DNA of 64,000 nt from Eubacteriales bacterium (lineage in GTDB: Bacteria > Bacillota > Clostridia > Oscillospirales > CAG-272): positions 1,722-65,721 of the forward strand of contig JAZSBL010000042.1 of the NCBI GenBank assembly GCA_045602385.1, given 5' to 3'. Under the pieces are notes generated by a model. That model saw only the letters and a program-made list of their open reading frames with translations. It was not told the origin of the DNA and did not search any database. Shown here one piece after another: positions 35,942 to 45,859 of this stretch (position 1 is its first letter; each line of letters opens with the position of its first letter). Position numbers and translations under genes: made by a program.

Positions 35942-36853
35942 TTAGTATGGAATATAGATTATTTCGCTTTCAAGCGTTACGCCGTATTTTTCGAAAATTA
36001 CGGATTTCGTGTGTTCGATGACAGAAAGAACGTCGCAAGAGGTTGCGCCGCCCTTATTAACGGTAAAGCCTGCGTGCTTCTCGGATATCTGCGCGCCGCC
36101 TACCGAGTAGCCCTTAAGTCCTGCCTCTTCAATAAGCTTCCCCACAAAAATATTCTCGCCGGGTCGCTTGAAGGTGCTTCCTGCATTGGGCAATTCAAGG
36201 GGTTGCTTTTCTTTCCTCGATGTCATATTCTTATTCATCTTCGTGAATATTTCCTCTGCATCTCCGAGTGCGAGTCTTATTGTCGTAGATAAAACTATCA
36301 TGTCTCGGTTTTCCGCAAAGACAGAATGTCGATAGCTGAATTTATGCTCCTTGCCCGTAATTATTACTCTTTTTTCATTTTTCAGGTCATATGCCTCGGT
36401 TTCAATCACAACGTCAGACATTTGTCCGCCGTATGCGCCCGCATTCATATATACCGCTCCGCCGACCGTTCCGGGAATTCCGTAGGCAAACTCAAGGCCT
36501 GCAATGCTATGCTTCTTTCCGGCCTCGCTTGCAAGCTCGGTAAGTGATTTCCCGCACTCCGCCTTGATATACACCTCGTTATTTTTATGCAAGTATTCTG
36601 TGGAGGTCATCCTTGCTGTAAAGATGACAACACCGTCAAAGCCGCGGTCATCAAAAAGAAGATTGCTGGCGTTGCCGACGATCAGATACTTCTGACCTTT
36701 ATGCTTACAGGTATTGACTGCAAATATAAGCTCCTCTGCGTTTTTCGGGAAAAGCGCGTATTTGGCACCTCCTCCTATGCGGAACGAGGAATGCTTTGAG
36801 AGTGGCTCATTGATCTTTATTTCAATATCCTTGCCAAAATCAATATTGCACAT
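35942..36853 (-). CDS. murB: UDP-N-acetylenolpyruvoylglucosamine reductase
   Basis: FRIGG, GIPGTVGGA..MNAGAYG, F.YRHS, PNAGSTFK, SEKHAGF. Confidence 0.94.
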   Translation of the reverse strand: MCNIDFGKDIEIKINEPLSKHSSFRIGGGAKYALFPKNAEELIFAVNTCKHKGQKYLIVGNASNLLFDDRGFDGVVIFTARMTSTEYLHKNNEVYIKAECGKSLTELASEAGKKHSIAGLEFAYGIPGTVGGAVYMNAGAYGGQMSDVVIETEAYDLKNEKRVIITGKEHKFSYRHSVFAENRDMIVLSTTIRLALGDAEEIFTKMNKNMTSRKEKQPLELPNAGSTFKRPGENIFVGKLIEEAGLKGYSVGGAQISEKHAGFTVNKGGATSCDVLSVIEHTKSVIFEKYGVTLESEIIYIPY

Positions 36854-36876
36854 GTGACCTCCGAATAACGTGTAGT

Positions 36877-37566
36877 TTATTTTAAAAGCACCCCTGCCAT
36901 CTCGTCAAAATTCTTGACAACGTACGTAAGATTATAGCCCTGTGGCAGATCCTTGCATAAGGGGTTATACCAGCAGGTATCTATTCCCGCATTGATTCCG
37001 CCCTGCATATCCGAGGTGAGCGAATCGCCAATTATGATAGCCTTCGTGGGATCGTAATCGGGTATCTGCCGTGTTACCGCATTGAAGAAATTGATGCTGG
37101 GCTTTTCGTGCCCGATATCCTCGGAAATAAAGCAAGCATCAAAATATTTAAAGATAGGCGACGGAAAAAGTCTGCTTCTCTGTATATCCTTTTGACCGTT
37201 TGTTACTATATACATTTTGAATTTTCCATACAGCTTTTGACAAAGCTCTAAAGCACCTTCCAGCATATATGACTTTGTGGCAAGACGCTCGATATACTTA
37301 TCGCTTATCGCCTCTGCCTTACAGTCAAATCCGTAGTAGTCAATAAGGGACTGCCAACGCGCCGGATAGAGCTTTTCCTTCTCTATCTCTCCTCGCTCCA
37401 GCATCTTCCAATATCCCGCGTTTATCTCGGAATATTTTTTGATCACTCTGTCGTCGCTTGGGAGCGAAAAGAACTCAAGGCATTCTCTTACCGCCTCGGT
37501 TTCCGAGCGGTGAAAATCCATAAGTGTAGCGTCTGCATCAAACAAAAGCGTGCTGTATTTATACAT
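36877..37566 (-). CDS. YjjG-like HAD nucleotidase
   Basis: FDADATL, TNG, KP, IGDSLTSD. Confidence 0.85.
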   Translation of the reverse strand: MYKYSTLLFDADATLMDFHRSETEAVRECLEFFSLPSDDRVIKKYSEINAGYWKMLERGEIEKEKLYPARWQSLIDYYGFDCKAEAISDKYIERLATKSYMLEGALELCQKLYGKFKMYIVTNGQKDIQRSRLFPSPIFKYFDACFISEDIGHEKPSINFFNAVTRQIPDYDPTKAIIIGDSLTSDMQGGINAGIDTCWYNPLCKDLPQGYNLTYVVKNFDEMAGVLLK

Positions 37567-37654
37567 TTCAAAATCCTTTCAAATTAAAAATCCGCGATAT
37601 AATACAATACTTAACAATATTATACTATATCGCGGGTTAAAATGCAACTGATTT

Positions 37655-38191
37655 TTAAAAATTGAATCTGCAATCGGGACAATAATCTTTACCGAGGAAT
37701 CTACCGCACAGCGGACACATATGTATCTCCTCTTTTCTGCTGGGATTTTGCGGATATTTCATACCCTTATGGTGTATTATTTTGTCACCGATTCGGAACA
37801 CGTTCACATCAAGCTCTCTGCATGGGAATCTGAGCTTCTTTTGTTCACCGTCAGGCAACTCTGCGATAATGACAGTGTACTTTATCATTTTGGGAATCCC
37901 ACGCCAGCTTCTGTCAACCGCGTGAGCAAATGTCACGGGCTCGCGAGCTTCCTCACAGCTGACATTTGTAACGGTTCCCTCCCATGATCTGTCGCGTATT
38001 ATTTTCCACAAGCCGGACGAGCGAAGATAAACAAGCAATACCACAACAGATAAGAAGATTGAGCCGTTCACATAAAAATAGTCGGCGAGGTTATGGACGG
38101 ATATCGTACATGCGGCCAATAAAGCGCCCAGCATGACCATAATTATCACTTTTTTGATAATGATTTTCGCTAATTTACGCTTTCTATCCAT
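37655..38191 (-). CDS. Two-TM membrane protein with a C-terminal zinc ribbon
   Basis: Two hydrophobic helices; CPLCG...CPDC; GGAGG RBS. Confidence 0.6.
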   Translation of the reverse strand: MDRKRKLAKIIIKKVIIMVMLGALLAACTISVHNLADYFYVNGSIFLSVVVLLVYLRSSGLWKIIRDRSWEGTVTNVSCEEAREPVTFAHAVDRSWRGIPKMIKYTVIIAELPDGEQKKLRFPCRELDVNVFRIGDKIIHHKGMKYPQNPSRKEEIHMCPLCGRFLGKDYCPDCRFNF

Positions 38192-38379
38192 ATGACTTAC
38201 CTCCGTTAGAATTGTTTAACTAATTGTATCACATTTGACAGATGTTGTCAATGCAAGCCAAAGTCAAAATTATTGCAAGAAAAAGATACATATTGCGTTT
38301 TTCCTCTTGAAAAAAAGAGCGTTATGAGTTATAATATATTATATATGTTCATTTTGCGGAGATGCGGAAAGGAGTGGCG

Positions 38380-38985
38380 ATGACTGTTATTGGCATTACG
38401 GGTCCAAGCGGAGCCGGTAAGGGCGCGGTTTCCGCGATCCTACGCGAGAAATACGGATTTGAAATAATTGATGCCGACGCTGTCTATCATTCCTTGGTAT
38501 CTGCTCCCTCGCCGTGTCTTGATGAAATAAGACGTAACTTCGGTGATTCTGTTATCAACGAAGGCGGCGCTCTTAACAGAGAGGCGCTTGGACAGATCGT
38601 CTTCGGTGATGAGGCTAAGGGCAAGCTATTTCTTTTGAACAAGATAACTCACAAGTACGTTGTCGAAAAAATTGCAGACGCGATAAAGCACTGCAGGGAC
38701 AACGGAACAGACTGCGCGGTGGATGCTCCTCTTCTTTTGGAGGCAGGCCTTGAAAAATACTGTGACTTTACAGTATCGGTGCTTGCAAATAAGCAAACCC
38801 GTATTAACAGAATCATCGCGAGAGATAAAATATCAGCCTATGCTGCAAGGACGAGGATCTCCTCGCAAAAGGATGATGGGTATTATTCCTCGAATACCGA
38901 TTACACGGTTTTCAATGACGGGCAGATTTCCCTGCTTGAAGCGTCTGTCAAAAAAATACTTTCCGAGAGGAGAGTGGCAGAATGA
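38380..38985 (+). CDS. coaE: Dephospho-CoA kinase
   Basis: IGITGPSGAGKG, IDAD, LN.ITH, DAPLL.E. Confidence 0.9.
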   Translation: MTVIGITGPSGAGKGAVSAILREKYGFEIIDADAVYHSLVSAPSPCLDEIRRNFGDSVINEGGALNREALGQIVFGDEAKGKLFLLNKITHKYVVEKIADAIKHCRDNGTDCAVDAPLLLEAGLEKYCDFTVSVLANKQTRINRIIARDKISAYAARTRISSQKDDGYYSSNTDYTVFNDGQISLLEASVKKILSERRVAE

Positions 38986-39584
38986 AAACAGTAAGCAGAA
39001 ATAGAGCTAATTACGGATTGATTGTTTTACTTATTTTAATAATCTCCGTAATACTTGGATTCTTATTTGACCTCATTTGCACCGCTGTTGAAAAGCGGAG
39101 CTACCCCAAGCCCGATGAGTATGTTTCTTTTGTTGAAAAATACTCTGCGGAATATGACGTCCCCGAAGAGATAATTTATTCGGTAATGAGAACCGAAAGC
39201 AACTTCGATTCATCCGCAGTATCAAGCAAGGGCGCGGTCGGACTTATGCAATTGATGCCCACGACGTTTGAGTGGCTTACGAAGGATATTCTCCGCGAGC
39301 ATCTCAGCGTGGGAATGCTCTACGACCCCGAAACGAACATAAAATACGGTACATACTACCTATCAAGGCTCTATAACCGATTTGGCGATTGGGATACAGC
39401 ACTTGCCGCATATAACGGCGGTGAGGGTAACGTGTCAGAATGGCTTGCAGATTCAAGATACAGCTCTGACGGGAAAAAGCTTATAATCGATAACATCCCA
39501 CGCGAATTCAAGGAAACGAAAAACTACGTAAAAAAGGTCAATAAGGCCGTTGAAAAATACAAAAAGCTTTACACAGAAGAATAA
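38982..39584 (+). CDS. Lytic transglycosylase (SLT domain)
   Basis: ESNF, GAVGLMQL, ALAAYNGG, ET.NYV. Confidence 0.9.
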   Translation: MKTVSRNRANYGLIVLLILIISVILGFLFDLICTAVEKRSYPKPDEYVSFVEKYSAEYDVPEEIIYSVMRTESNFDSSAVSSKGAVGLMQLMPTTFEWLTKDILREHLSVGMLYDPETNIKYGTYYLSRLYNRFGDWDTALAAYNGGEGNVSEWLADSRYSSDGKKLIIDNIPREFKETKNYVKKVNKAVEKYKKLYTEE

Positions 39585-39619
39585 AATTGAGCACGAAACG
39601 TGCATGAAAGGACATAATA

Positions 39620-40996
39620 ATGAACGAAAAGAAGCTCACCTACACAAAGGCTAATTTCTATGACAACGCAACCGAGGCGGAGATCAAGGCTGCATACGAC
39701 TACTGCGTTGGCTACTGCGATTACATGGACAACTCCAAGACCGAGCGTGAGGCTGTAAAGGTCTCTATCGCGCTTGCAGAGGCACAGGGATACAAGCCCT
39801 ACGCGTTTGGCGACAAGATCAAGGCGGGAGATAAGCTCTACTACAACAACAGAGGCAGAAATCTCTATCTTTTCCGCATTGGTACAGAGAATATCAACAA
39901 CGGTGTGAGAATTATCGCTTCTCACGTTGACTCCCCCAGACTTGACTTCAAGCAGTCCCCCATTTACGAGGACGGCGGATTCTGCTTTGCAAAGACACAC
40001 TACTACGGCGGCGTTCGCAAGTATCAGTGGGTAGCTACACCTCTTGCGCTCCACGGAACAGTTGCAAAGAAGGACGGCACGACCGTTGACATAAAGATCG
40101 GTGACGAGGCGGGCGATCCCGTATTCTACATCAACGATCTTCTTCCCCACCTTGCAAAGGATCAGAACGCTAAGCCTCTCGGCACTGCTATCCCCGCAGA
40201 GAGCCTTAACATAGTTCTCGGCTCCCGTCCCATCGCTGACGATGAGGAGTCCGCAAAGATCAAGATGAATATTCTTACAATTCTCAACGAGAAGTACGGC
40301 ATGGACGAGGAGGATTTCCTCTCCGCTGACATTTTCGTTGTTCCCGCAGATAAGTCCCATGACGTTGGATTTGACCGTTCGCTTATTTCCGCATACGGTC
40401 ACGACGACAAGGTCTGCGCTTATCCCTCTCTTACCGCCCTCTTTGAGACCGACGACAGCGTACACACTGTTATGGTAGTTCTTGCCGACAAGGAGGAGAT
40501 CGGCAGCGAGGGTAACACAGGCATGCAGAGTGCTCTCTTTACCGACCTTCTCGGTGCAATTACAGAGGAGCTTGGCGGTAACGTTTACGCGGTAAAGGCG
40601 AACTCCAAGTGCCTCTCCGCAGACGTAAACGCTTGCTTTGATCCCAACTTCTCCGAGGTGTTTGAAAAGAAGAATGCCGCTAACATAAACTGCGGTATCG
40701 TCATGTCCAAGTATACAGGCAGCGGCGGAAAGGGCGGCACAAACGACGCTCCCGCAGAGTACATTGCTTGGATAAGAAGAATATTTGAGGAATACGGCGT
40801 TGTTTGGCAGACCGCAGAACTCGGTAAGGCAGATCAGGGCGGCGGCGGAACAGTTGCAAAGTTCATTGCAAGGCATAACATAGAAACAGTTGACCTTGGT
40901 GTTGCCGTAATCTCGATGCACGCGCCCTACGAGCTTGTTTCCAAGGCAGACGTCTATTCCGCACACAAGGCGTTCTACGCATTCTTCAAGGCGTAA
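39620..40996 (+). CDS. M18-family aminopeptidase
   Basis: SHVDSPRLD, YGHDD, DKEEIGS, SADV, SMHAP. Confidence 0.9.
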   Translation: MNEKKLTYTKANFYDNATEAEIKAAYDYCVGYCDYMDNSKTEREAVKVSIALAEAQGYKPYAFGDKIKAGDKLYYNNRGRNLYLFRIGTENINNGVRIIASHVDSPRLDFKQSPIYEDGGFCFAKTHYYGGVRKYQWVATPLALHGTVAKKDGTTVDIKIGDEAGDPVFYINDLLPHLAKDQNAKPLGTAIPAESLNIVLGSRPIADDEESAKIKMNILTILNEKYGMDEEDFLSADIFVVPADKSHDVGFDRSLISAYGHDDKVCAYPSLTALFETDDSVHTVMVVLADKEEIGSEGNTGMQSALFTDLLGAITEELGGNVYAVKANSKCLSADVNACFDPNFSEVFEKKNAANINCGIVMSKYTGSGGKGGTNDAPAEYIAWIRRIFEEYGVVWQTAELGKADQGGGGTVAKFIARHNIETVDLGVAVISMHAPYELVSKADVYSAHKAFYAFFKA

Positions 40997-40999
40997 AAT

Positions 41000-42076
41000 A
41001 TGTTTAATAAGCTTGATTCCACAGTTGAAAAATACGACAGACTTGAATACGAGCTTGCCAATAATACGGCTCTGATAACCGACGCGCAGGCTTATGCCAA
41101 GGCGATAAAGGAATACCGTTCCCTATCCCCGATAGTGGAAAAATACCGTCAGTACAAGAGGACCGAGCAGGATATTGATGACGCGCTTTCCATTATCTCC
41201 GAGGCGGATGATGAGGAGATGCGCGAAATGGCACAGGAGGAGCTCAAGGACGCGAAAGCGCGCCTTGAGGTTCTCTCCGAGGAGCTGACAATCCTTTTAA
41301 TTCCCCGCGACCCCAACGACGACAAAAACGTTATCGTTGAGATACGCGCTGGGGCAGGCGGCGAGGAGGCGGCGCTTTTTGCCGCGGTTCTCTACCGCAT
41401 GTATTCCATGTACGCGGCATCGGTCGGCTTCAAGGTGTCTGTTGCCAATGCAAATGAGACCGAGCTTGGCGGATTTAAGGAAATATCCTTTTCCGTCGAA
41501 GGTGACGGCGCATATTCAAGATTTAAGTTTGAGTCCGGTGTTCACCGCGTTCAAAGAGTTCCCGAAACCGAATCACAGGGGCGTATTCAGACCTCTACCG
41601 CGACTGTTGCAGTCCTTCCCGAGGTTGAGGACGTTGAGGTCGAGATAAAGGACTCCGATCTTATCTACGAGTCCTGCAAGTCAAGCGGCGCGGGCGGTCA
41701 GCATATTAACAAAACCGAATCTGCCGTGCGACTCACCCACAAGCCCACGGGCATAGTTATCGAATGTCAGGAGGAGCGCTCACAGTTCAAGAACAAGGAC
41801 AAGGCACTCAAGATGCTCCGCGCAAAGCTTTACGATATTAAGCAACGCGAGCAATCCGAGAAGCTGGCAAGCGATAGACGCAGTCAGGTCGGCACGGGCG
41901 ACAGAAGCGAAAAAATAAGAACCTACAACTATCCCCAAAACCGTGTTACCGACCACAGAATCGGCGTTACTCTCTATTCCCTTGAGGACTTTCTCAACGG
42001 AAATATTGGCGGAATGATAGATTCACTCATTGCTACCGATACAGCTGAAAAGCTTAAGGCTGAAAATAACAATTAA
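41000..42076 (+). CDS. prfA: Peptide chain release factor 1
   Basis: GVHRVQRVPET (PxT motif), GAGGQH, GDRSEKIRTYN. Confidence 0.95.
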   Translation: MFNKLDSTVEKYDRLEYELANNTALITDAQAYAKAIKEYRSLSPIVEKYRQYKRTEQDIDDALSIISEADDEEMREMAQEELKDAKARLEVLSEELTILLIPRDPNDDKNVIVEIRAGAGGEEAALFAAVLYRMYSMYAASVGFKVSVANANETELGGFKEISFSVEGDGAYSRFKFESGVHRVQRVPETESQGRIQTSTATVAVLPEVEDVEVEIKDSDLIYESCKSSGAGGQHINKTESAVRLTHKPTGIVIECQEERSQFKNKDKALKMLRAKLYDIKQREQSEKLASDRRSQVGTGDRSEKIRTYNYPQNRVTDHRIGVTLYSLEDFLNGNIGGMIDSLIATDTAEKLKAENNN

Positions 42077-42096
42077 CACATGAAAGGAGTCGCAGG

Positions 42097-43158
42097 ATGA
42101 ATACTCGTCTTATTAAAATTGAAGACATTGAAGCGCAGAGCGCAGATATCGATCTTGCGGCTTCTATTCTTAAAAACGGTGGACTTGTAGTTATTCCTAC
42201 CGAGACTGTTTACGGTCTTGGCGGTGACGGAACAAATCCGTCGTCATCAAAAAAAATATATGAGGCAAAGGGACGTCCGTCTGATAATCCCTTGATCATA
42301 CATATTGCAGATCCGCGTGATGCGGAAAAATACGCGTACACAAACGAGCTTTATTACCGTCTTGCCGACGCGTTTATGCCCGGGCCCCTGACGGTGATAT
42401 TACCCAAGAAGGACACCGTGCCTTATGAAACGACAGGTGGACTTGACACCGTGGCGGTACGTTGCCCATCTCATCCGGTCGCACATGCGATAATCGAGCG
42501 CGCGGGGATACCGATCGCGGCTCCATCCGCTAACATTTCGGGCAGACCGAGCGCGACGAACAGCGAGTATGTCATCGAGGATTTTGACGGAAAGGTTGAC
42601 ATGATAATAGACGGCGGCGACTGTGAGATCGGTCTTGAGTCTACTATCGTTTTGATAAAGGATGATTCCCTTGTTCTTCTCCGTCCCGGAGCGATCACCT
42701 GCGATGCGCTATCATGCGTATGTGAAAAAGTAGAGATCTCCCCAACCATTGAAGGTGTGCTTAAGGAGGACGAGCATCCTCTATCCCCAGGAATGAAATA
42801 CAAGCATTACGCGCCAGCAGCTCCATTGGTTCTGCTTGACGGAAATGAGGATGACGTGCTTGAATTTCTGATGTGCGAGCAAAGAGCTAAGCGATGCGCT
42901 ATCATTTGCTACGATGAGGAGATAAATAGATTATCGGACGAGCTTCTTTTACCGATAGGAGCCAGGGACGACCTCTCCTCTCACGGAAAGATGATCTTCG
43001 CACGACTCAGGCAATGCGACAGGCTCTCCCCAGAAATAATATACGCACATCTGCCCGAAAAGGGCGGGCTCGGTCTTGCTCTGTATAACCGTCTTATAAG
43101 GGCGGCAGCGCATACCGTACTCAAAATTGACAAAGATTACTTTACGAAAGGTGTTTAA
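42097..43158 (+). CDS. tsaC: L-threonylcarbamoyladenylate synthase (Sua5/YrdC with SUA5 domain)
   Basis: PTETVYGL, KGRPSDNPLI, APSAN.SG, SPGMKYKHYAP. Confidence 0.92.
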   Translation: MNTRLIKIEDIEAQSADIDLAASILKNGGLVVIPTETVYGLGGDGTNPSSSKKIYEAKGRPSDNPLIIHIADPRDAEKYAYTNELYYRLADAFMPGPLTVILPKKDTVPYETTGGLDTVAVRCPSHPVAHAIIERAGIPIAAPSANISGRPSATNSEYVIEDFDGKVDMIIDGGDCEIGLESTIVLIKDDSLVLLRPGAITCDALSCVCEKVEISPTIEGVLKEDEHPLSPGMKYKHYAPAAPLVLLDGNEDDVLEFLMCEQRAKRCAIICYDEEINRLSDELLLPIGARDDLSSHGKMIFARLRQCDRLSPEIIYAHLPEKGGLGLALYNRLIRAAAHTVLKIDKDYFTKGV

Positions 43159-43163
43159 CATAG

Positions 43164-45410
43164 ATGGCGAGGAAAAAGAAACAGCTTGAAGAAATACAAC
43201 CCATCGTTTATGCCCCGGTAATACCTCAATATATTACAGATACTATCGAAAAAAACTACATGCCCTATACAATGAGCGTAATCGTAGCCAGAGCTATTCC
43301 CGAAATAGACGGCTTCAAGCCCGCTCACAGAAAGATCCTTTACACCATGTACAACATGGGACTGTTAAAAGGACCAAGGACAAAGAGCGCGAATATCGTT
43401 GGTGCAACGATGAAGCTCCACCCACACGGAGACCAGTCCATTTACGAGACTATGGTTCGTCTTACAAGGGGTAACGAGACGCTACTGCACCCATTCGTTG
43501 ACTCCAAGGGAAGCTTTGGTAAGCAGTACTCATCTGATATGAAATACGCTGCTCCCCGTTATACCGAGGCAAAGCTTGACCCCTTCTGCGCCGAGTTGTT
43601 TGAAGGCATTGACAAAAATGCCGTTGATATGATAGACAACTACGACGGAACTATGAAGGAGCCACAGCTCCTTCCCACAACCTTCCCCAACATCCTCGTC
43701 ACTCCCAACAGCGGTATCGCGGTTGGTATGGCATCCGACATATGCTCCTTTAACCTTGCGGAAATTTGCGACGGCACTATTGCGGTACTAAAAAAGCCCA
43801 ATGTAGACGTTGAAAAAATAATGGAAATAATTAAAGCTCCCGATTTCCCGGGTGGCGGTCAGATAATTTACGATGCCGAGCAAATGAGGCAGATCTTTGA
43901 GTCGGGTGACGGCTCCTTTAAGATAAGATCAAGATACTCCTACGACGCATCTGAAAACTGCATTGATATTCTTCAGATCCCCTATTCAACGACTATCGAG
44001 CAGATACTTAACAAGATCTCTGCACTCGTTAAAGAGGGTAAGCTTAAAGAGGTAGTTGATTTCCGCGATGAGATCGACCGCGACGGCTTTAAGCTCACGC
44101 TTGACCTCAGAAAAGGCACTGATCCCGACAAGCTTATGCAGAAGCTCTTTAAGATAACTCCTCTTGAGAGCAGTTTCAAGTGTAACTTCAATATCATCAT
44201 CGACGGAGAGCCCAGACAGCTTGGCGTAATTGATATTATTTCCGAGTGGATAGATTTCCGTAAGGCTTGCCTTTCAAGAGAGCTTAAATTTGATCTTGGC
44301 AAAAAGAGAGATAAGCTTCATCTGCTCTTAGGTCTTGGAAAGATACTCCTTGACATTGATAAGGCGATCAGGATCATCAGAAAGACCGAAAAGGAGGAGG
44401 ACGTTATCCCCAACCTTTGCGAGGGCTTCAGTATTGACGAGATCCAGGCGAACTACATTGCCGAGATCAAGCTCCGCAACCTTAACAGAGAGTATATTAT
44501 CAACAGAATATCCGAGATCGAGGACCTTAAGGCTCAGATCGCAGAGATCGAAGAGATACTCAAGGACGAGTACAAGCTCAAGGCTCTTATTGCAAAGCAG
44601 TTGACCGATATCAAGAAGAAATACGGTCAGCCCAGAAGAACTCAGATCATCGGCGCGGATTCTATTGAAGAATACGTTGAGGAGGATTCGGTCGAGAATT
44701 ATCCTTGTAAGATCGTTCTCTCCCGTGAGGGCTACTTCAAGAAGATCACTCTCAAGTCCTTACAGGGTAACGATGAACAAAGGTTTAAAGAGGGCGACGG
44801 ACTGCGCCAGATATTCGACGCCGAAAATAAGGACACGGTTCTCTTCTTTACCGACAAGGCTCAGCTTTACAGGGCCGCTGTTGCCGACTTTGAAAACTCC
44901 AAGGCATCGGTTATAGGCGACTTCCTTCCTGCCGAGCTTAAGATGGATCCCGGTGAGAGACCTATATACATGACTCTTCAGAGTGAATTCCGTGAAGGAT
45001 ACAATTACGTATTCGTATTTGAGAACGGTAAGGGCGTAAGAATCCCCGAAAAGGCTTACGAGACGTCAAGCGTCAGAAGAAAGCTCAAGGGTATATTCTC
45101 TACCGCTTCGCCTATCGTGGCGGTGTTCTCCGAGCAGGAAAAGAATCCCTTTGAGATAATGCTTGTTTCAAGCGAGGACAGAGCTATCATCATAAAGACG
45201 TCGCTTATTCCGCTTAAGAGCACAAAAACCTCTATCGGTGTTCAGCTTATGAACGTAAAGAAGAATCACAAGCTCACCGCAGCGATCTCGAACTTTGAAA
45301 ACGTATACGAAAACACCAAGGGATACAGAAAGCTGAAGCTCCCCGCAACAGGCGTATTGCTCAGCGAAAAGGATATTAATAAACAACAAATCAGCATAGA
45401 AGATATTTAA
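43164..45410 (+). CDS. Type II topoisomerase A subunit (ParC/GyrA family, probably topo IV)
   Basis: RAIPEIDGFKP..R, HPHGD, AAPRYTE catalytic Tyr; no GyrA-box seen. Confidence 0.85.
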   Translation: MARKKKQLEEIQPIVYAPVIPQYITDTIEKNYMPYTMSVIVARAIPEIDGFKPAHRKILYTMYNMGLLKGPRTKSANIVGATMKLHPHGDQSIYETMVRLTRGNETLLHPFVDSKGSFGKQYSSDMKYAAPRYTEAKLDPFCAELFEGIDKNAVDMIDNYDGTMKEPQLLPTTFPNILVTPNSGIAVGMASDICSFNLAEICDGTIAVLKKPNVDVEKIMEIIKAPDFPGGGQIIYDAEQMRQIFESGDGSFKIRSRYSYDASENCIDILQIPYSTTIEQILNKISALVKEGKLKEVVDFRDEIDRDGFKLTLDLRKGTDPDKLMQKLFKITPLESSFKCNFNIIIDGEPRQLGVIDIISEWIDFRKACLSRELKFDLGKKRDKLHLLLGLGKILLDIDKAIRIIRKTEKEEDVIPNLCEGFSIDEIQANYIAEIKLRNLNREYIINRISEIEDLKAQIAEIEEILKDEYKLKALIAKQLTDIKKKYGQPRRTQIIGADSIEEYVEEDSVENYPCKIVLSREGYFKKITLKSLQGNDEQRFKEGDGLRQIFDAENKDTVLFFTDKAQLYRAAVADFENSKASVIGDFLPAELKMDPGERPIYMTLQSEFREGYNYVFVFENGKGVRIPEKAYETSSVRRKLKGIFSTASPIVAVFSEQEKNPFEIMLVSSEDRAIIIKTSLIPLKSTKTSIGVQLMNVKKNHKLTAAISNFENVYENTKGYRKLKLPATGVLLSEKDINKQQISIEDI

Positions 45411-45426
45411 AACAGGAGATTATGCA

Positions 45427-45531
45427 ATGAAATCAACCAAGCTTTGGATAAAGATCGTAGCATTGACGCTTGTCGCATTTATGATAAGCGGCGCAATTTA
45501 CACAGCAGTTGCTATCATCATTTCCATGTAA
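45427..45531 (+). CDS. 34-aa single-TM microprotein (not in the ORF track)
   Basis: AGGAGA RBS; MKSTKLWIKIVALTLVAFMISGAIYTAVAIIISM*; lies between the topoisomerase stop and the terminator. Confidence 0.55.
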   Translation: MKSTKLWIKIVALTLVAFMISGAIYTAVAIIISM

Positions 45532-45540
45532 TCAAAAGAA

Positions 45541-45577
45541 AAAAAGAAGAGCGCCGAAATTCGGCGCTCTTCTTTTT
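45541..45577. terminator. Bidirectional terminator
   Basis: AAAAAGAAGAGCGCCG/CGGCGCTCTTCTTTTT. Confidence 0.85.
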
Positions 45578-45578
45578 A

Positions 45579-45836
45579 TTATTCCTCGTCTTCTTTTGTG
45601 TCGAGTATAATAGTATCAACCTCTCCGTTGCCAGTAGTATCGATCATGATAGCCTCGGGGATTCCGTCACCGTCAAGATCTATACGTCCAAGTATTCTGG
45701 AGCTGTATTTCTTCTCAAGATATTTGTATGCTACTGCGCATGCACCTGCAATAGCCAATACGGCGGTTATAAATCTCAAAACCGTTCTAAGCGGAGATTT
45801 ACCGTCGTCAACCACAAAATAATTATCTTTGCTCAT
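45579..45836 (-). CDS. Small membrane-anchored protein with DxDxDG-like loops
   Basis: AGGAG RBS, one TM, DLDGDG and DTTGNG. Confidence 0.6.
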   Translation of the reverse strand: MSKDNYFVVDDGKSPLRTVLRFITAVLAIAGACAVAYKYLEKKYSSRILGRIDLDGDGIPEAIMIDTTGNGEVDTIILDTKEDEE

Positions 45837-45859
45837 ATATGTTTTCTCCTATAGATTTT

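Noticed and set aside
39569-40966. 465-aa antisense ORF
   Set aside because: Shadow of the M18 aminopeptidase gene
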